Source of the DNA: Hadesarchaea archaeon
GTDB lineage: Archaea > Hadarchaeota > Hadarchaeia > Hadarchaeales > WYZ-LMO6
NCBI GenBank assembly: GCA_029259185.1
Contig: JAPDJF010000003.1
Location: forward strand, 14,875 to 78,874
DNA length: 64,000 nt
Direction of reading: 5' to 3'
Made by a program: the position numbers and the translations under genes
Shown here: positions 48,487-57,214 of the stretch, piece by piece
How the letters are laid out: the number at the start of each line of letters is the position of its first letter
Numbering within the stretch: position 1 is the first letter of the stretch
Notes under the pieces: generated by a model
Told to the model about the DNA's origin: nothing
What the model saw: only the letters and a program-made list of their open reading frames with translations
Database searches by the model: none

Positions 48487-48675
48487 TGAACTACCGCACC
48501 GCTAAGGCGGTGGGCCTCTTGCTTCAACGATGAGGCTCGATCCCCCTTGGAAGGACGGGTTACGGAGGTCTTGACCTCACGGGCGTTCGTTCGGGCCGTT
48601 AGCTATTGCGGAATCGGCCCTCGGCACGCATTCGCCCCACGGCTAAAGCGCGCGGGGTTTCGATCCCGTTCTAAA
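48487..48675 (-). repeat. Repeat F, copy 3 (reverse orientation).
   Basis: The reverse complement aligns along its full length to F copies 1 and 2. Confidence 0.5.
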
Positions 48676-48859
48676 TTTTCGATCCGGAGTCCTTTAGCCT
48701 TTTTTTGGAAATCTTTCTAACCTCTTCCCACTCTTTCATTGATTCTAATTTTTTCTTCTTTCGAAAAGCCTCCATTATTTTGTTTTCTTCCATGGCTACT
48801 TCAATATCCCCACTTTCACATCCCAACTACATCACCATCCTCCTTTTTCCTAGACTCTT

Positions 48860-48900
48860 AACCGTAATATATTTATGTGCATTTGCACATAAAGGGGAAG
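48860..48900 (+). promoter_or_regulatory. TATA-like box (aatatattta) followed by a perfect palindrome TATGTGCA-TT-TGCACATA. Candidate promoter/operator.
   Basis: Seen in the sequence (taaccgtaatatatttatgtgcatttgcacataaagggg), 10-50 nt upstream of the 48909 ORF and about 400 nt downstream of nikR. Confidence 0.4.
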
Positions 48901-48908
48901 GTGAAAAA

Positions 48909-49103
48909 ATGTGGTGGTCTGGTTTCGGAAGAGGTCGGGGCTGGTATGGGCCTTGGCCGGGAAGGGGACCGTTCAGCTACCTCCCACCTTGGCAGAGGCC
49001 GGGGTGGATTTTCGGTAGAGGAGCCTGCTGGTGGCTTCTCGGGCCGTGGGCTGGGTGGTACTACTACACACCCTATTACGGATTGCCTCTCTACCCCCTC
49101 TGA
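48909..49103 (+). CDS. Candidate 64-aa W/G/Y/P-rich small protein (MWWSGFGRGRGWYGPWPGRGPFSYLPPWQRPGWIFGRGACWWLLGPWAGWYYYTPYYGLPLYPL).
   Basis: ATG preceded by GGTGA 5 nt upstream. It sits behind the TATA box plus palindrome. Composition is extremely biased. Overlapping ORFs in the other frames make the coding status uncertain. Confidence 0.3.
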   Translation: MWWSGFGRGRGWYGPWPGRGPFSYLPPWQRPGWIFGRGACWWLLGPWAGWYYYTPYYGLPLYPL

Positions 49104-49166
49104 TCTGGGGGGTTGGAGCTTGAGAGGTAGCACCAGCAGCTTACTAGGTGAGAGGAGAGTAGGTGT

Positions 49167-49820
49167 TTGAAAGCTCGGAGCGGATCGGAATCATACAAAT
49201 ACCATGAGCCTATATTACTTTTGATGGGGCTAGAAGTCCTGATCTTGCTACGGGGGGAATACACCCAAGAAAACCTAGCTCTTCCAGCTACTATGGCTTG
49301 TAACATCACTGAGGAGGGAGAGACCCTCTTAGTCCCCTTTCCGTTGGATTCTCCCCGATACTTCCGGTGTGACTCTCCCCCCACCAAGTATACGGTCCCT
49401 CCCGCGATCAGAGATCTCGATTTCGAGGTAATCCTCAGTGATTGGGAGAGTGGATGTCTGGACGTGGGCAAGGCAGTCGTGATATGCGGATTGAGGGGGG
49501 AGAAACTGAAGCCAAGATATGTAAGGGAGAGGGGAATCCCATGTCAAGAGAACATTCTATTCTACACGAGGGGATACACGAGGATCACGGCCCAACCCCA
49601 TGGAGATATAACCATCGAGAGGTTTACCCCAAGATTGACTAAGGAAAAGGAAGTAATAGAGATAAATCATGAGGCATTATGGAGTGGAAATCGAAAAGAT
49701 CTCCCAGAGGAACTTTCATGTTATAAACCCGCAGTAGAGGCGGCGGTAGAAAAAGCTAACTGTCCCAGTTGTAGAGAACCCCATTACGCGTTGAGCAATT
49801 CAAGGTTGGGTAAATCTTAA
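49167..49820 (+). CDS. Hypothetical protein (217 aa; the start may be the internal Met near 49290).
   Basis: ORF only. No recognisable motifs apart from a terminal CPSC. Confidence 0.35.
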   Translation: MKARSGSESYKYHEPILLLMGLEVLILLRGEYTQENLALPATMACNITEEGETLLVPFPLDSPRYFRCDSPPTKYTVPPAIRDLDFEVILSDWESGCLDVGKAVVICGLRGEKLKPRYVRERGIPCQENILFYTRGYTRITAQPHGDITIERFTPRLTKEKEVIEINHEALWSGNRKDLPEELSCYKPAVEAAVEKANCPSCREPHYALSNSRLGKS

Positions 49821-49824
49821 TACT

Positions 49825-50502
49825 ATGTTCAAAATACCCATTCTAATGTCGGAGCTGAAGCTTGTCCTTGAGGCTCTGCTCGATTTCAAAGGGGAAAAAA
49901 TAAGAGACTTTTGTGAGCGGAAACTTGGGGAAGGAACGAGCGCATACGAGATACTCCAAGAACTCAATCGGGGTTTGGATGAGATAGGGAAAGGATATGA
50001 AAATAAAGAGTTCAGAAGATACTTCGAATCAGACCTGATCGTTTCTGGAGCTAACATGAGGAGGGCCATAGAAATCTTAAAACCCGAACTTGAGAAGGAG
50101 GCGAGGAAAGAAACGAAGAGAAGGGGAAAAGTGCTCATCGGCACCGTGAAGGGGGACGTACACGATATCGGTAAAACAATTGCAGGTATCGTTTTACAAT
50201 CGAACGGATTCGAGATCATAGATCTCGGTACGGATGTGGATAAAGCGACATTCGTAAATAAGGTAAGAGAACTCAAGCCTGACATCGTGGGCATGTCGGC
50301 ACTCCTCTCATCCACCGTGCCTTACATGGGGGAAGTGATCAAGGCCTTGGAAGCTGAAGGGTTGAGGAACAGAGTTAAGGTGATAGTGGGTGGCAGAGCC
50401 GTGAGCAAGGAGTTCGCCGAGCGGATAGGAGCTGATGCGTATGCAGAAGATGCGATAGACGGGCTAAAAAAGTGTATTTCTCTCATGGAGGGGAAAGAGT
50501 GA
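49825..50502 (+). CDS. Corrinoid (cobalamin-binding) protein, MtaC/MtbC/MttC-like.
   Basis: N-terminal helical cap plus a B12-binding Rossmann domain with DVHDIGK (DxHxxG), SALL and GG motifs. Confidence 0.75.
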   Translation: MFKIPILMSELKLVLEALLDFKGEKIRDFCERKLGEGTSAYEILQELNRGLDEIGKGYENKEFRRYFESDLIVSGANMRRAIEILKPELEKEARKETKRRGKVLIGTVKGDVHDIGKTIAGIVLQSNGFEIIDLGTDVDKATFVNKVRELKPDIVGMSALLSSTVPYMGEVIKALEAEGLRNRVKVIVGGRAVSKEFAERIGADAYAEDAIDGLKKCISLMEGKE

Positions 50503-51407
50503 GAATTTACATCATCTATAGGGGACCTTTCGGCGAGCAGATCACGAACAATCTCGCGCTTAAGGGATTCGCTGAAATGATCTCTGGAATTTACGAGCTG
50601 AAGCCCGAAACGATAGAGGAAGAGTATCAAGAGGAGGATCTTTGGAACAAGGTGTGGGAGGAACCAGCCAAGTACGTCCCCAAGAGTTTACCTATCAAAA
50701 GGTGTGATCTCCTGCTGGTTTTGGGCATCCATTCTAAACTTGGTGACTTTATTCCCCCTATAGCGGAGAAACTGGGGGCCAAAGCCGTACTTTACCCAAT
50801 AGATGATAAGCAACACGCTCCCGAAGCTAGGAAAACGGTGGAAGAGGATCTGAGAGCGAAGGGAATACACGTGGAATTTCCAGAGCCATTTTGTGTTCTG
50901 GAGGGGAGTGAGGATCCCATGATAAACGAGTTTGCACAACACTTTGGGAGACCGAAATTCAAGATAATCTCAGAAGGGAGCACTATTCACTCCGTAGAGG
51001 TGTTGAGGGACACCCCCTGTGGCTCGGCGACTTCTGTAGCAAAAAAAATGGTGGGGTTCAGTTGTGCGAATCTGAAGGCCTTAAAAGAAAAGCTGTTTAG
51101 TGAACACCACAACGAAGAGAACGAAAATTACTGTCTAGCGGAAATGGATCCCCTCCATCCCTACATGCAGGAAGCTGGTGACATACTAGTGGATGCTTTC
51201 TTCGAGGCCTGTGGCGTTCCCACCCTCCAAGAACTTATCTTGAAAGAAATAGAATCGACCGGGAAGCTGGATCTTTCAATCCTCAAGAGTAAATTCGTCG
51301 ATGAGGAGAAACGATGTGAAACGGGTATGACTATCGAGCGAGTTGTTGATGAGCTAGTTCGGAAAGGAAAGATACCGAGGGACTTGCTTCACTCCCATAC
51401 CGAGTGA
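50472..51407 (+). CDS. Conserved archaeal hypothetical protein (DUF166-like).
   Basis: ORF of about 300 aa. The probable start is the GTG at 50499 (MRIYIIYRGPFGE). Function unknown. Confidence 0.45.
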   Translation: MYFSHGGERVRIYIIYRGPFGEQITNNLALKGFAEMISGIYELKPETIEEEYQEEDLWNKVWEEPAKYVPKSLPIKRCDLLLVLGIHSKLGDFIPPIAEKLGAKAVLYPIDDKQHAPEARKTVEEDLRAKGIHVEFPEPFCVLEGSEDPMINEFAQHFGRPKFKIISEGSTIHSVEVLRDTPCGSATSVAKKMVGFSCANLKALKEKLFSEHHNEENENYCLAEMDPLHPYMQEAGDILVDAFFEACGVPTLQELILKEIESTGKLDLSILKSKFVDEEKRCETGMTIERVVDELVRKGKIPRDLLHSHTE

Positions 51408-51424
51408 ACTCGGTTAGAAACTAG

Positions 51425-53122
51425 TCAGGGGGAGGTGCACTGGTCGAACACTAGTTCACCCATGAGTCTGTAGAGGAAGTTGCTCTCCGATTCGAGGTTC
51501 AAATGCTCGATCCGGCTTACCATTTCTTCCACTTCTTTTCGTTTCTTCCTCGAGACCAACACCTGTCGGGCCCCCTCTAGTGCCGCATTCCCCACCCGTT
51601 CGACCCTACTGAGGGAAACTTCAGGGAGTAGACCTATCCGGTAAGAGTTTTCTACGTTTATGTAGTTTCCGAATGCCCCGGCGAGGTAAATCTTTTTTAC
51701 CTCACCTAGGCTGGTCCCATATTTCTCCAGAAGCACCTTATTTCCCACACAAACCGCCGCTTTCGCGAGCTTCAGCTTGTCTATATCCTCCCCATCTATT
51801 TTTATGGGTCTCTCTCCGGCGACTACCACGAATTCCCGCCCGCCCTTTTTGAATTTTCCTGTTTTGTCTATTATCCCACGATCCAGCATCTGGGCCAGGA
51901 TATCGATCAGGCCAGATCCACATATCCCCACGGGTGGGAGGTCACCTATGGTCTCGTATCGAACCCGCATGCTTTCGTCTATTTCTACCTTGTGTATTGC
52001 CCCCTCTACTGCCCCACTCCCACATTTTATCCCGCTTCCCTCGAAGGCGGGTCCGGAGGCGCATGAGGTGGCGATCATCCTATCTTTATTTCCTATCACT
52101 ATCTCGGTGTTGGTTCCTATGTCTATCATCATGCTCACCTCTCGCCTCTTGTGCATCCCTGTAGCTAAAATGGCAGCAGAGGTGTCGGCCCCCACGAAAC
52201 CCCCGATGAGGGGAAGAGCATAGACGTTTCCCTTGGGATTCATCTTTATTCCTAGCTCTCCTCCACTTCTGTTCACGGGATCTTTGGTGAACGGCTCAAA
52301 CGGGGCCACCCCTAGAGAATCCACCGGGTGGCCTAGGAAGAGATCCCTCATCGTTGAGTTTCCTACCACGACCATCTCGTATACGTGCTGCGGATCGACT
52401 TTCAGCCCCTCGATCATCTCGTTCACCCCACTTCTCACAACGGTCTCCAGTTTGTGCTGCTTTTTCTCCCGAGCACGGGTTATCCTGGCGATGACATCGC
52501 TTCCATACACTTCTTGAGGGTTCTTCATAGCAGTAGTCCCCACGATGAGTCCTTTTTCTAAATCCACGCAGTACATCGCTAGTGTGGTTGTTCCAATATC
52601 CAGAGCTAGCCCGAGCATCTCCCCCTCATAATCCCCGATCTCCCTCACAATTCCATTCCACTCCCAGCGCACCCTCCGTGTTTCTCCTTCACCACCAACT
52701 ACACCTATCACCGGTTCGAGGGGTACTGGAACGACCTTGCCTCTCTCCAGCACCTTGTACCTCCGCTTTGGGACTTCCACGTATATGTTTGCATCTTCTT
52801 TCTCCACTCTGGCTTGGCAGGCGAGTCTGTATCCGGTTTCTTTGATGAACTTCTTTTCGATGTCTCCGGGTTCGTTCAGCCCTTCTCCTTCTACTTTTAC
52901 CACACACTGGCCACACGCTCCGATGCCTCCGCAGAGGGAGCTTATGTCTATCCCGAGTTCTTGGCAATAAGAGAGGATCGTCTTGCCCTTGGTCAGTTTC
53001 GCTTCCTTTCCGTAGTTCCGAAAAAAAATCTTCCCCAATCTCTCCCCTCTAACAAACACTTTTCTTGGATTTAATCTCACCGGCAAGAGGCTTTGTGGTG
53101 GATGAGCGGAGATTCGTTCCAA
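51425..53122 (-). CDS. Reductive activator of corrinoid Fe-S protein (RACo-like; COG3894, ASKHA ATPase with an N-terminal [2Fe-2S] ferredoxin domain).
   Basis: Plant-type 2Fe-2S motif (CGGIGACGQCVV...C) followed by an actin-like ATPase fold (DIGTTT, VDIGTNTE). Confidence 0.7.
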   Translation of the reverse strand: MERISAHPPQSLLPVRLNPRKVFVRGERLGKIFFRNYGKEAKLTKGKTILSYCQELGIDISSLCGGIGACGQCVVKVEGEGLNEPGDIEKKFIKETGYRLACQARVEKEDANIYVEVPKRRYKVLERGKVVPVPLEPVIGVVGGEGETRRVRWEWNGIVREIGDYEGEMLGLALDIGTTTLAMYCVDLEKGLIVGTTAMKNPQEVYGSDVIARITRAREKKQHKLETVVRSGVNEMIEGLKVDPQHVYEMVVVGNSTMRDLFLGHPVDSLGVAPFEPFTKDPVNRSGGELGIKMNPKGNVYALPLIGGFVGADTSAAILATGMHKRREVSMMIDIGTNTEIVIGNKDRMIATSCASGPAFEGSGIKCGSGAVEGAIHKVEIDESMRVRYETIGDLPPVGICGSGLIDILAQMLDRGIIDKTGKFKKGGREFVVVAGERPIKIDGEDIDKLKLAKAAVCVGNKVLLEKYGTSLGEVKKIYLAGAFGNYINVENSYRIGLLPEVSLSRVERVGNAALEGARQVLVSRKKRKEVEEMVSRIEHLNLESESNFLYRLMGELVFDQCTSP

Positions 53123-53219
53123 GTATTCGGATTTCAGCGATCACCATACCAAAAGTTTTTATGTGCAATAGCTAAAAAACATAAGCTTAAAGATGGATGA
53201 GTAAAAGGGGGGAAGGGCC

Positions 53220-53639
53220 GTGAATGGACATGAACCGAGGATTATAGCTTTCTTCTGCAACTTCTGCTCCTATTTAGCAGCAGATATGGCTGGAGTGAGC
53301 AGGATCCAGTATCCGCCGAACGTGCGGATTATCCGACTGATGTGTACAGGAAGATTGAGTCCTCTTTATATTCTAGAAGCGTTCGCGCGAGGTGCTGACG
53401 GGGTGTTGGTGGCGGGATGCCATCCCGGTGATTGTCACTTCATAAAAGGAAACCTGTATGCGAGGAGGAGAGTTTCCATGTTGAAGAAACTGCTTGAGAT
53501 GATGGGGATAGACCCGAGGAGACTCCGACTCGAGTGGGTTTCAGCCTCCGAAGGAAACAAACTCGCGAACGTGATCAAGGAATTCGTTGAAGAAGTTAGA
53601 TCGCTCGGAGCCAACCCGCTGAAGGAGGTTAACGCGTGA
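53220..53639 (+). CDS. mvhD: MvhD-type [2Fe-2S] protein (methyl-viologen-reducing hydrogenase delta subunit family).
   Basis: IIAFFCNFCSY...MCTGR...GADGVLVAGCHPGDCH shows the typical MvhD cysteine pattern. Confidence 0.7.
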   Translation: MNGHEPRIIAFFCNFCSYLAADMAGVSRIQYPPNVRIIRLMCTGRLSPLYILEAFARGADGVLVAGCHPGDCHFIKGNLYARRRVSMLKKLLEMMGIDPRRLRLEWVSASEGNKLANVIKEFVEEVRSLGANPLKEVNA

Positions 53640-55663
53640 TCGACTACGTGCCCACCATCTGTCCGTACTGCGGGTGCGGGTGTGGTATGTACTTGGTGGT
53701 GAAAGAGGGGAGGATAGTGGGTGTGGAGCCATGGAAGGAACATCCAGTGAGTGAAGGAAAGCTGTGTCCAAAAGGGAGGAATTCTTACGAGTTCCTGTAC
53801 AGCCATGATAGATTGAAAAAACCATTGGTACGTCGGGGAGATAGACTTGTGGAAGGATCTTGGGAGGATGCGCTTCGCCGAGTGGTCAACGAGTTCAGAG
53901 ATACCTCTCCAGAGGATTTTGGAATTCTCGCATCGGGAAAGACAACAAATGAGGAGAGCTATGTGTTGCAGAAGTTCGGGAGGGTAGTTATAGGAACCAA
54001 CAACATAGACTACTGTGCTAGGTTCTGTCACGCAACCACGGTTGGTGGGTTGGGGCCCACCTTAGGTTCTGGAGTGATGGCATCTTCCGTGCTAGACTAC
54101 GAGCTTCCCGATTGTTTTTTGATAGCCGGGGTGAATGTTCAGGAGACATTCCCTGCTATCGCGAGACGCATCAAAAGGGCAAAAGAACGTGGGGCAAAGA
54201 TAATAGTTATCGACCCCCGGAAGACGCTTACGGCTAAGCTTTATGCAGATATACATCTCCAACTCTTTCCGGGAACCGATGTTGCACTCATAAATGGGAT
54301 GATGCGCGTGATACTGGATGAGGGACTTGAAAACGGAGAGTTCATCGAGAAGAGAACCAAAGGTTTTGAGGAGCTCAAAGAATACTTGCTCAGCATCGAT
54401 CTCAAAGAAGTGGAAGAAACCACGAACGTCTCGCTAGATGAAATCAAAAAGGCGGCTGAAACATATGCCGGGGCAAAAACCGGTAGCATCCTTTACGATG
54501 AGGGGATCACGGAGTACACGACGGGAGCGGAGAAAATAACCGCGTTGGCCGACTTAGCTTTGCTTACCGGACACGTGGGTAAGCCGGGTGCGGGCGTGAA
54601 TCCGATGAGGGGGCAAATAAATGGAGAAGGCACAGGAGACATGGGGTGTTTCCCGGTGTTCTATCCCGGGTTCAAGCCTCTAACCGAGCAGACATTCGAA
54701 TTTTTCAGGGACGTCTGGAATGTTGAGTCAATTCCCGAGAAAGCAGGCAAGACCGTTATGGAGATGCTCGAGGACTGCAAAAAACTCTACATCGTGGGTT
54801 TTAATCCCATGGTCTCTGCGCCCCACGTCACTCGGGTAAAGGAATTGTTGGAGCAGAAAGAGTTCGTGGTTGTTCAGGACATTTTTCTAACGGAGACCGC
54901 AGCTTTGGCAGATGTTGTCTTACCGAGCGCAGCGTGGGGGGAGAAAATGGGTACACACACATGGACCGATCGAAGGGTTCAACTCGTTAGGAAAGCCGTG
55001 GATCCACCTGGAGAAGCCATTCCCGATTGGCAGATAATCTGCAGGTTAGCTGAGATGATGGGATACGGCGATCACTTCGAATACAAATCTCCACGTGATA
55101 TTTTCGAGGAGATAAGGAGGTGTGTTCCCCAATATAGAGGGATCAGCTATGAAAGATTGGAGAAGAGTTCAGGAGGGATTCAGTGGCCCTGTCCTTCGGA
55201 AGATCATCCAGGGACCTCCACGATGTTCGTGGAGAGATTTAACACCCCTGATGGATTCGGACACTTTGGAGTAGTTCAGTACAGGCCCCCGGCGGAACTT
55301 CCGGATAACGAATATCCGTTCATGCTTACCACGGGGAGGGTGATATTCCATTACCACACCGGCACGATGACGAGGAGAACCGAGAGACTCAGCAACGAAG
55401 TCCCCACGGGTTTTGCCGTGATCCATCCCGAAAATGCTGAGGAGCTCGGGATAATGGATGGGGATGAGATCCTACTTGTCTCAAGACGTGGGAGAGTTAA
55501 AACTTTTGCGAGAGTCTCAAACGAGGTTGCGAGGGGGCTCATATTCATGCCGTTTCATTTCGCCGAACGTGCGGCGAATATCCTGACGAACCCCGTGTTG
55601 GCACCCACTAAGATGCCCGAGTTCAAACTCTGTGCTGTCAGGATCGAGAGGGAGGGCAGTTGA
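53636..55663 (+). CDS. fdhA: Formate dehydrogenase alpha subunit (molybdo/tungstopterin; Cys type).
   Basis: N-terminal 4Fe-4S (CPYCGCGCG...C), the MopB domain and a C-terminal MoCo-binding domain. No in-frame TGA. Confidence 0.85.
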   Translation: MIDYVPTICPYCGCGCGMYLVVKEGRIVGVEPWKEHPVSEGKLCPKGRNSYEFLYSHDRLKKPLVRRGDRLVEGSWEDALRRVVNEFRDTSPEDFGILASGKTTNEESYVLQKFGRVVIGTNNIDYCARFCHATTVGGLGPTLGSGVMASSVLDYELPDCFLIAGVNVQETFPAIARRIKRAKERGAKIIVIDPRKTLTAKLYADIHLQLFPGTDVALINGMMRVILDEGLENGEFIEKRTKGFEELKEYLLSIDLKEVEETTNVSLDEIKKAAETYAGAKTGSILYDEGITEYTTGAEKITALADLALLTGHVGKPGAGVNPMRGQINGEGTGDMGCFPVFYPGFKPLTEQTFEFFRDVWNVESIPEKAGKTVMEMLEDCKKLYIVGFNPMVSAPHVTRVKELLEQKEFVVVQDIFLTETAALADVVLPSAAWGEKMGTHTWTDRRVQLVRKAVDPPGEAIPDWQIICRLAEMMGYGDHFEYKSPRDIFEEIRRCVPQYRGISYERLEKSSGGIQWPCPSEDHPGTSTMFVERFNTPDGFGHFGVVQYRPPAELPDNEYPFMLTTGRVIFHYHTGTMTRRTERLSNEVPTGFAVIHPENAEELGIMDGDEILLVSRRGRVKTFARVSNEVARGLIFMPFHFAERAANILTNPVLAPTKMPEFKLCAVRIEREGS

Positions 55664-56904
55664 TGGAAGGAAGGATGTATCTGGCGATCGCTTCTGACGT
55701 CGAAATGCGAAGGAGGGGGGAATGCGGAGGGGTGGTCACTGCACTGCTCAAGTTCTTGTTAGAGAGCAAAACCGTAAACGCCGTCCTGGCCGTGAAGAAA
55801 AGGGGAAATCGATACGATGGAGTTTCCCAGCTGATCACGGATCCTGAAGAGGTGCTAGAATGTGCTGGATCCCTCCACTGTGTTTCTCCTAACATAGCCA
55901 AGAATTTGAAGAATTATCTCGATGGGGCTCAAAACATGAAGATAGCCGTGGTGTGTAAACCATGTGATGCTCGTGCGATCGTGGAGCTGACCAAGCGAGA
56001 ACAAGTGAACTTCGAGAACCTCATCCTAATAGGTGTTAACTGCACGGGTATCTTCCCTCCCAATATCGCGAAAAGAATGTTGGTGGAGGAATATGGTGTA
56101 GATCCTTCTGAAGTGGTCAGGGAGGACATAGATGGGAAAAATCTGATCATCACGCTTAGGGATGGATCCAGGAGGATGAGGGATCTGGAGGAGTTGGAGA
56201 GGAAGGGATATGGGAGAAGAGCGAATTGCAAGAGATGTGATGTGAAGATCCCGCGGATGGCCGATTTGGCATGCGGGAAGTGGGGAGCGGAGAAGGAAGA
56301 TCAGACATTCGTAGAAGTCTGTAGCGAAAGGGGAGCGGAAATACTGGAGAACGCCGTGAAATCAGGATACGTGATCGTGGAGCCTCCCAGCAGAGAGGCC
56401 ATCGAAGAAAGAAAAAGAAAAGAAACTGAGGCTATCGAGTTTGCCAGAAAGGAAAGAAGGGAGGAGTTTGCCGAGATAGAGAAGATGAATCTTGAAGAGA
56501 GATTCAAGTATTGGAACGGGTATTTGGAGAGATGTGTAAAGTGTTTTGGGTGTAGGGACGTTTGTCCGATATGCTATTGCAGGGAATGTTATCTGGAAGC
56601 AGATCGTGGGCTTGTGAAACCCGGGCGGATTCCCCCCGAGCGAATGTTTCCACTCGTTCGGATAGCTCACGTAGCAGACTCATGTGTTAACTGCGGTCAG
56701 TGTGAGGACGCATGCCCGATGGAGATTCCGATATCTAAGTTATGTTCCATGTTAAACCAATATCTCAGTTCGATGTTTAGGTACATCCCCGGAATGGATC
56801 CTAGGGAGAAACCACCCCTTACCATGGTAACGGATGGGGAGTTCTCTGTTGAGGACATCGATCTCTTCTTTAATCTTAAGTTCGTGTCTGGTAAACCGAG
56901 TTGA
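55660..56904 (+). CDS. fdhB: Formate dehydrogenase beta subunit (F420-reducing FdhB/FrhB family).
   Basis: FrhB-like N-terminal domain plus C-terminal 2x[4Fe-4S] (CVKCFGCRDVCPIC ... CVNCGQCEDACP). 4-nt overlap with fdhA. Confidence 0.8.
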   Translation: MMEGRMYLAIASDVEMRRRGECGGVVTALLKFLLESKTVNAVLAVKKRGNRYDGVSQLITDPEEVLECAGSLHCVSPNIAKNLKNYLDGAQNMKIAVVCKPCDARAIVELTKREQVNFENLILIGVNCTGIFPPNIAKRMLVEEYGVDPSEVVREDIDGKNLIITLRDGSRRMRDLEELERKGYGRRANCKRCDVKIPRMADLACGKWGAEKEDQTFVEVCSERGAEILENAVKSGYVIVEPPSREAIEERKRKETEAIEFARKERREEFAEIEKMNLEERFKYWNGYLERCVKCFGCRDVCPICYCRECYLEADRGLVKPGRIPPERMFPLVRIAHVADSCVNCGQCEDACPMEIPISKLCSMLNQYLSSMFRYIPGMDPREKPPLTMVTDGEFSVEDIDLFFNLKFVSGKPS

Positions 56905-56911
56905 ATCCGGG

Positions 56912-57185
56912 TTTTAACTCTGTCGGCGGGAAGTTCCCTGCGAGAGCTGGGGATGAGAGCCGAAAACCATGTTATTTCCCCTCCAATTTCTTCCGGGAGG
57001 TGGAGAGGGCCACCCCGAACCCAACGCCTTGGAAAACCGATGACCTGCACAGCGCAGGTAGGATGGACATTGGATCTCCGTAACCGCCCGAAGGGGGATG
57101 GGATCGGGTCGGTGGATGAAGCAGGGGCTAGAGCACGCTAAAGCGGGGAAAGCTTCCGCGAAGCGCGAGGGAAAAGCGGAAGCCC
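56912..57185 (-). repeat. Repeat D, copy 2 (inverted relative to copy 1), in the convergent fdhB/cdhE intergenic region.
   Basis: Its reverse complement aligns to 47805-48050. Confidence 0.5.
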
Positions 57186-57214
57186 CCTGCAAAAGCGAGG
57201 GGAGGAGGTCACGC

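Noticed and set aside
53636-55663. Selenocysteine-containing FdhA (in-frame TGA plus SECIS).
   Set aside because: The frame is continuous with Cys at the expected active-site position (RFCHATTVGG). No in-frame TGA is present.
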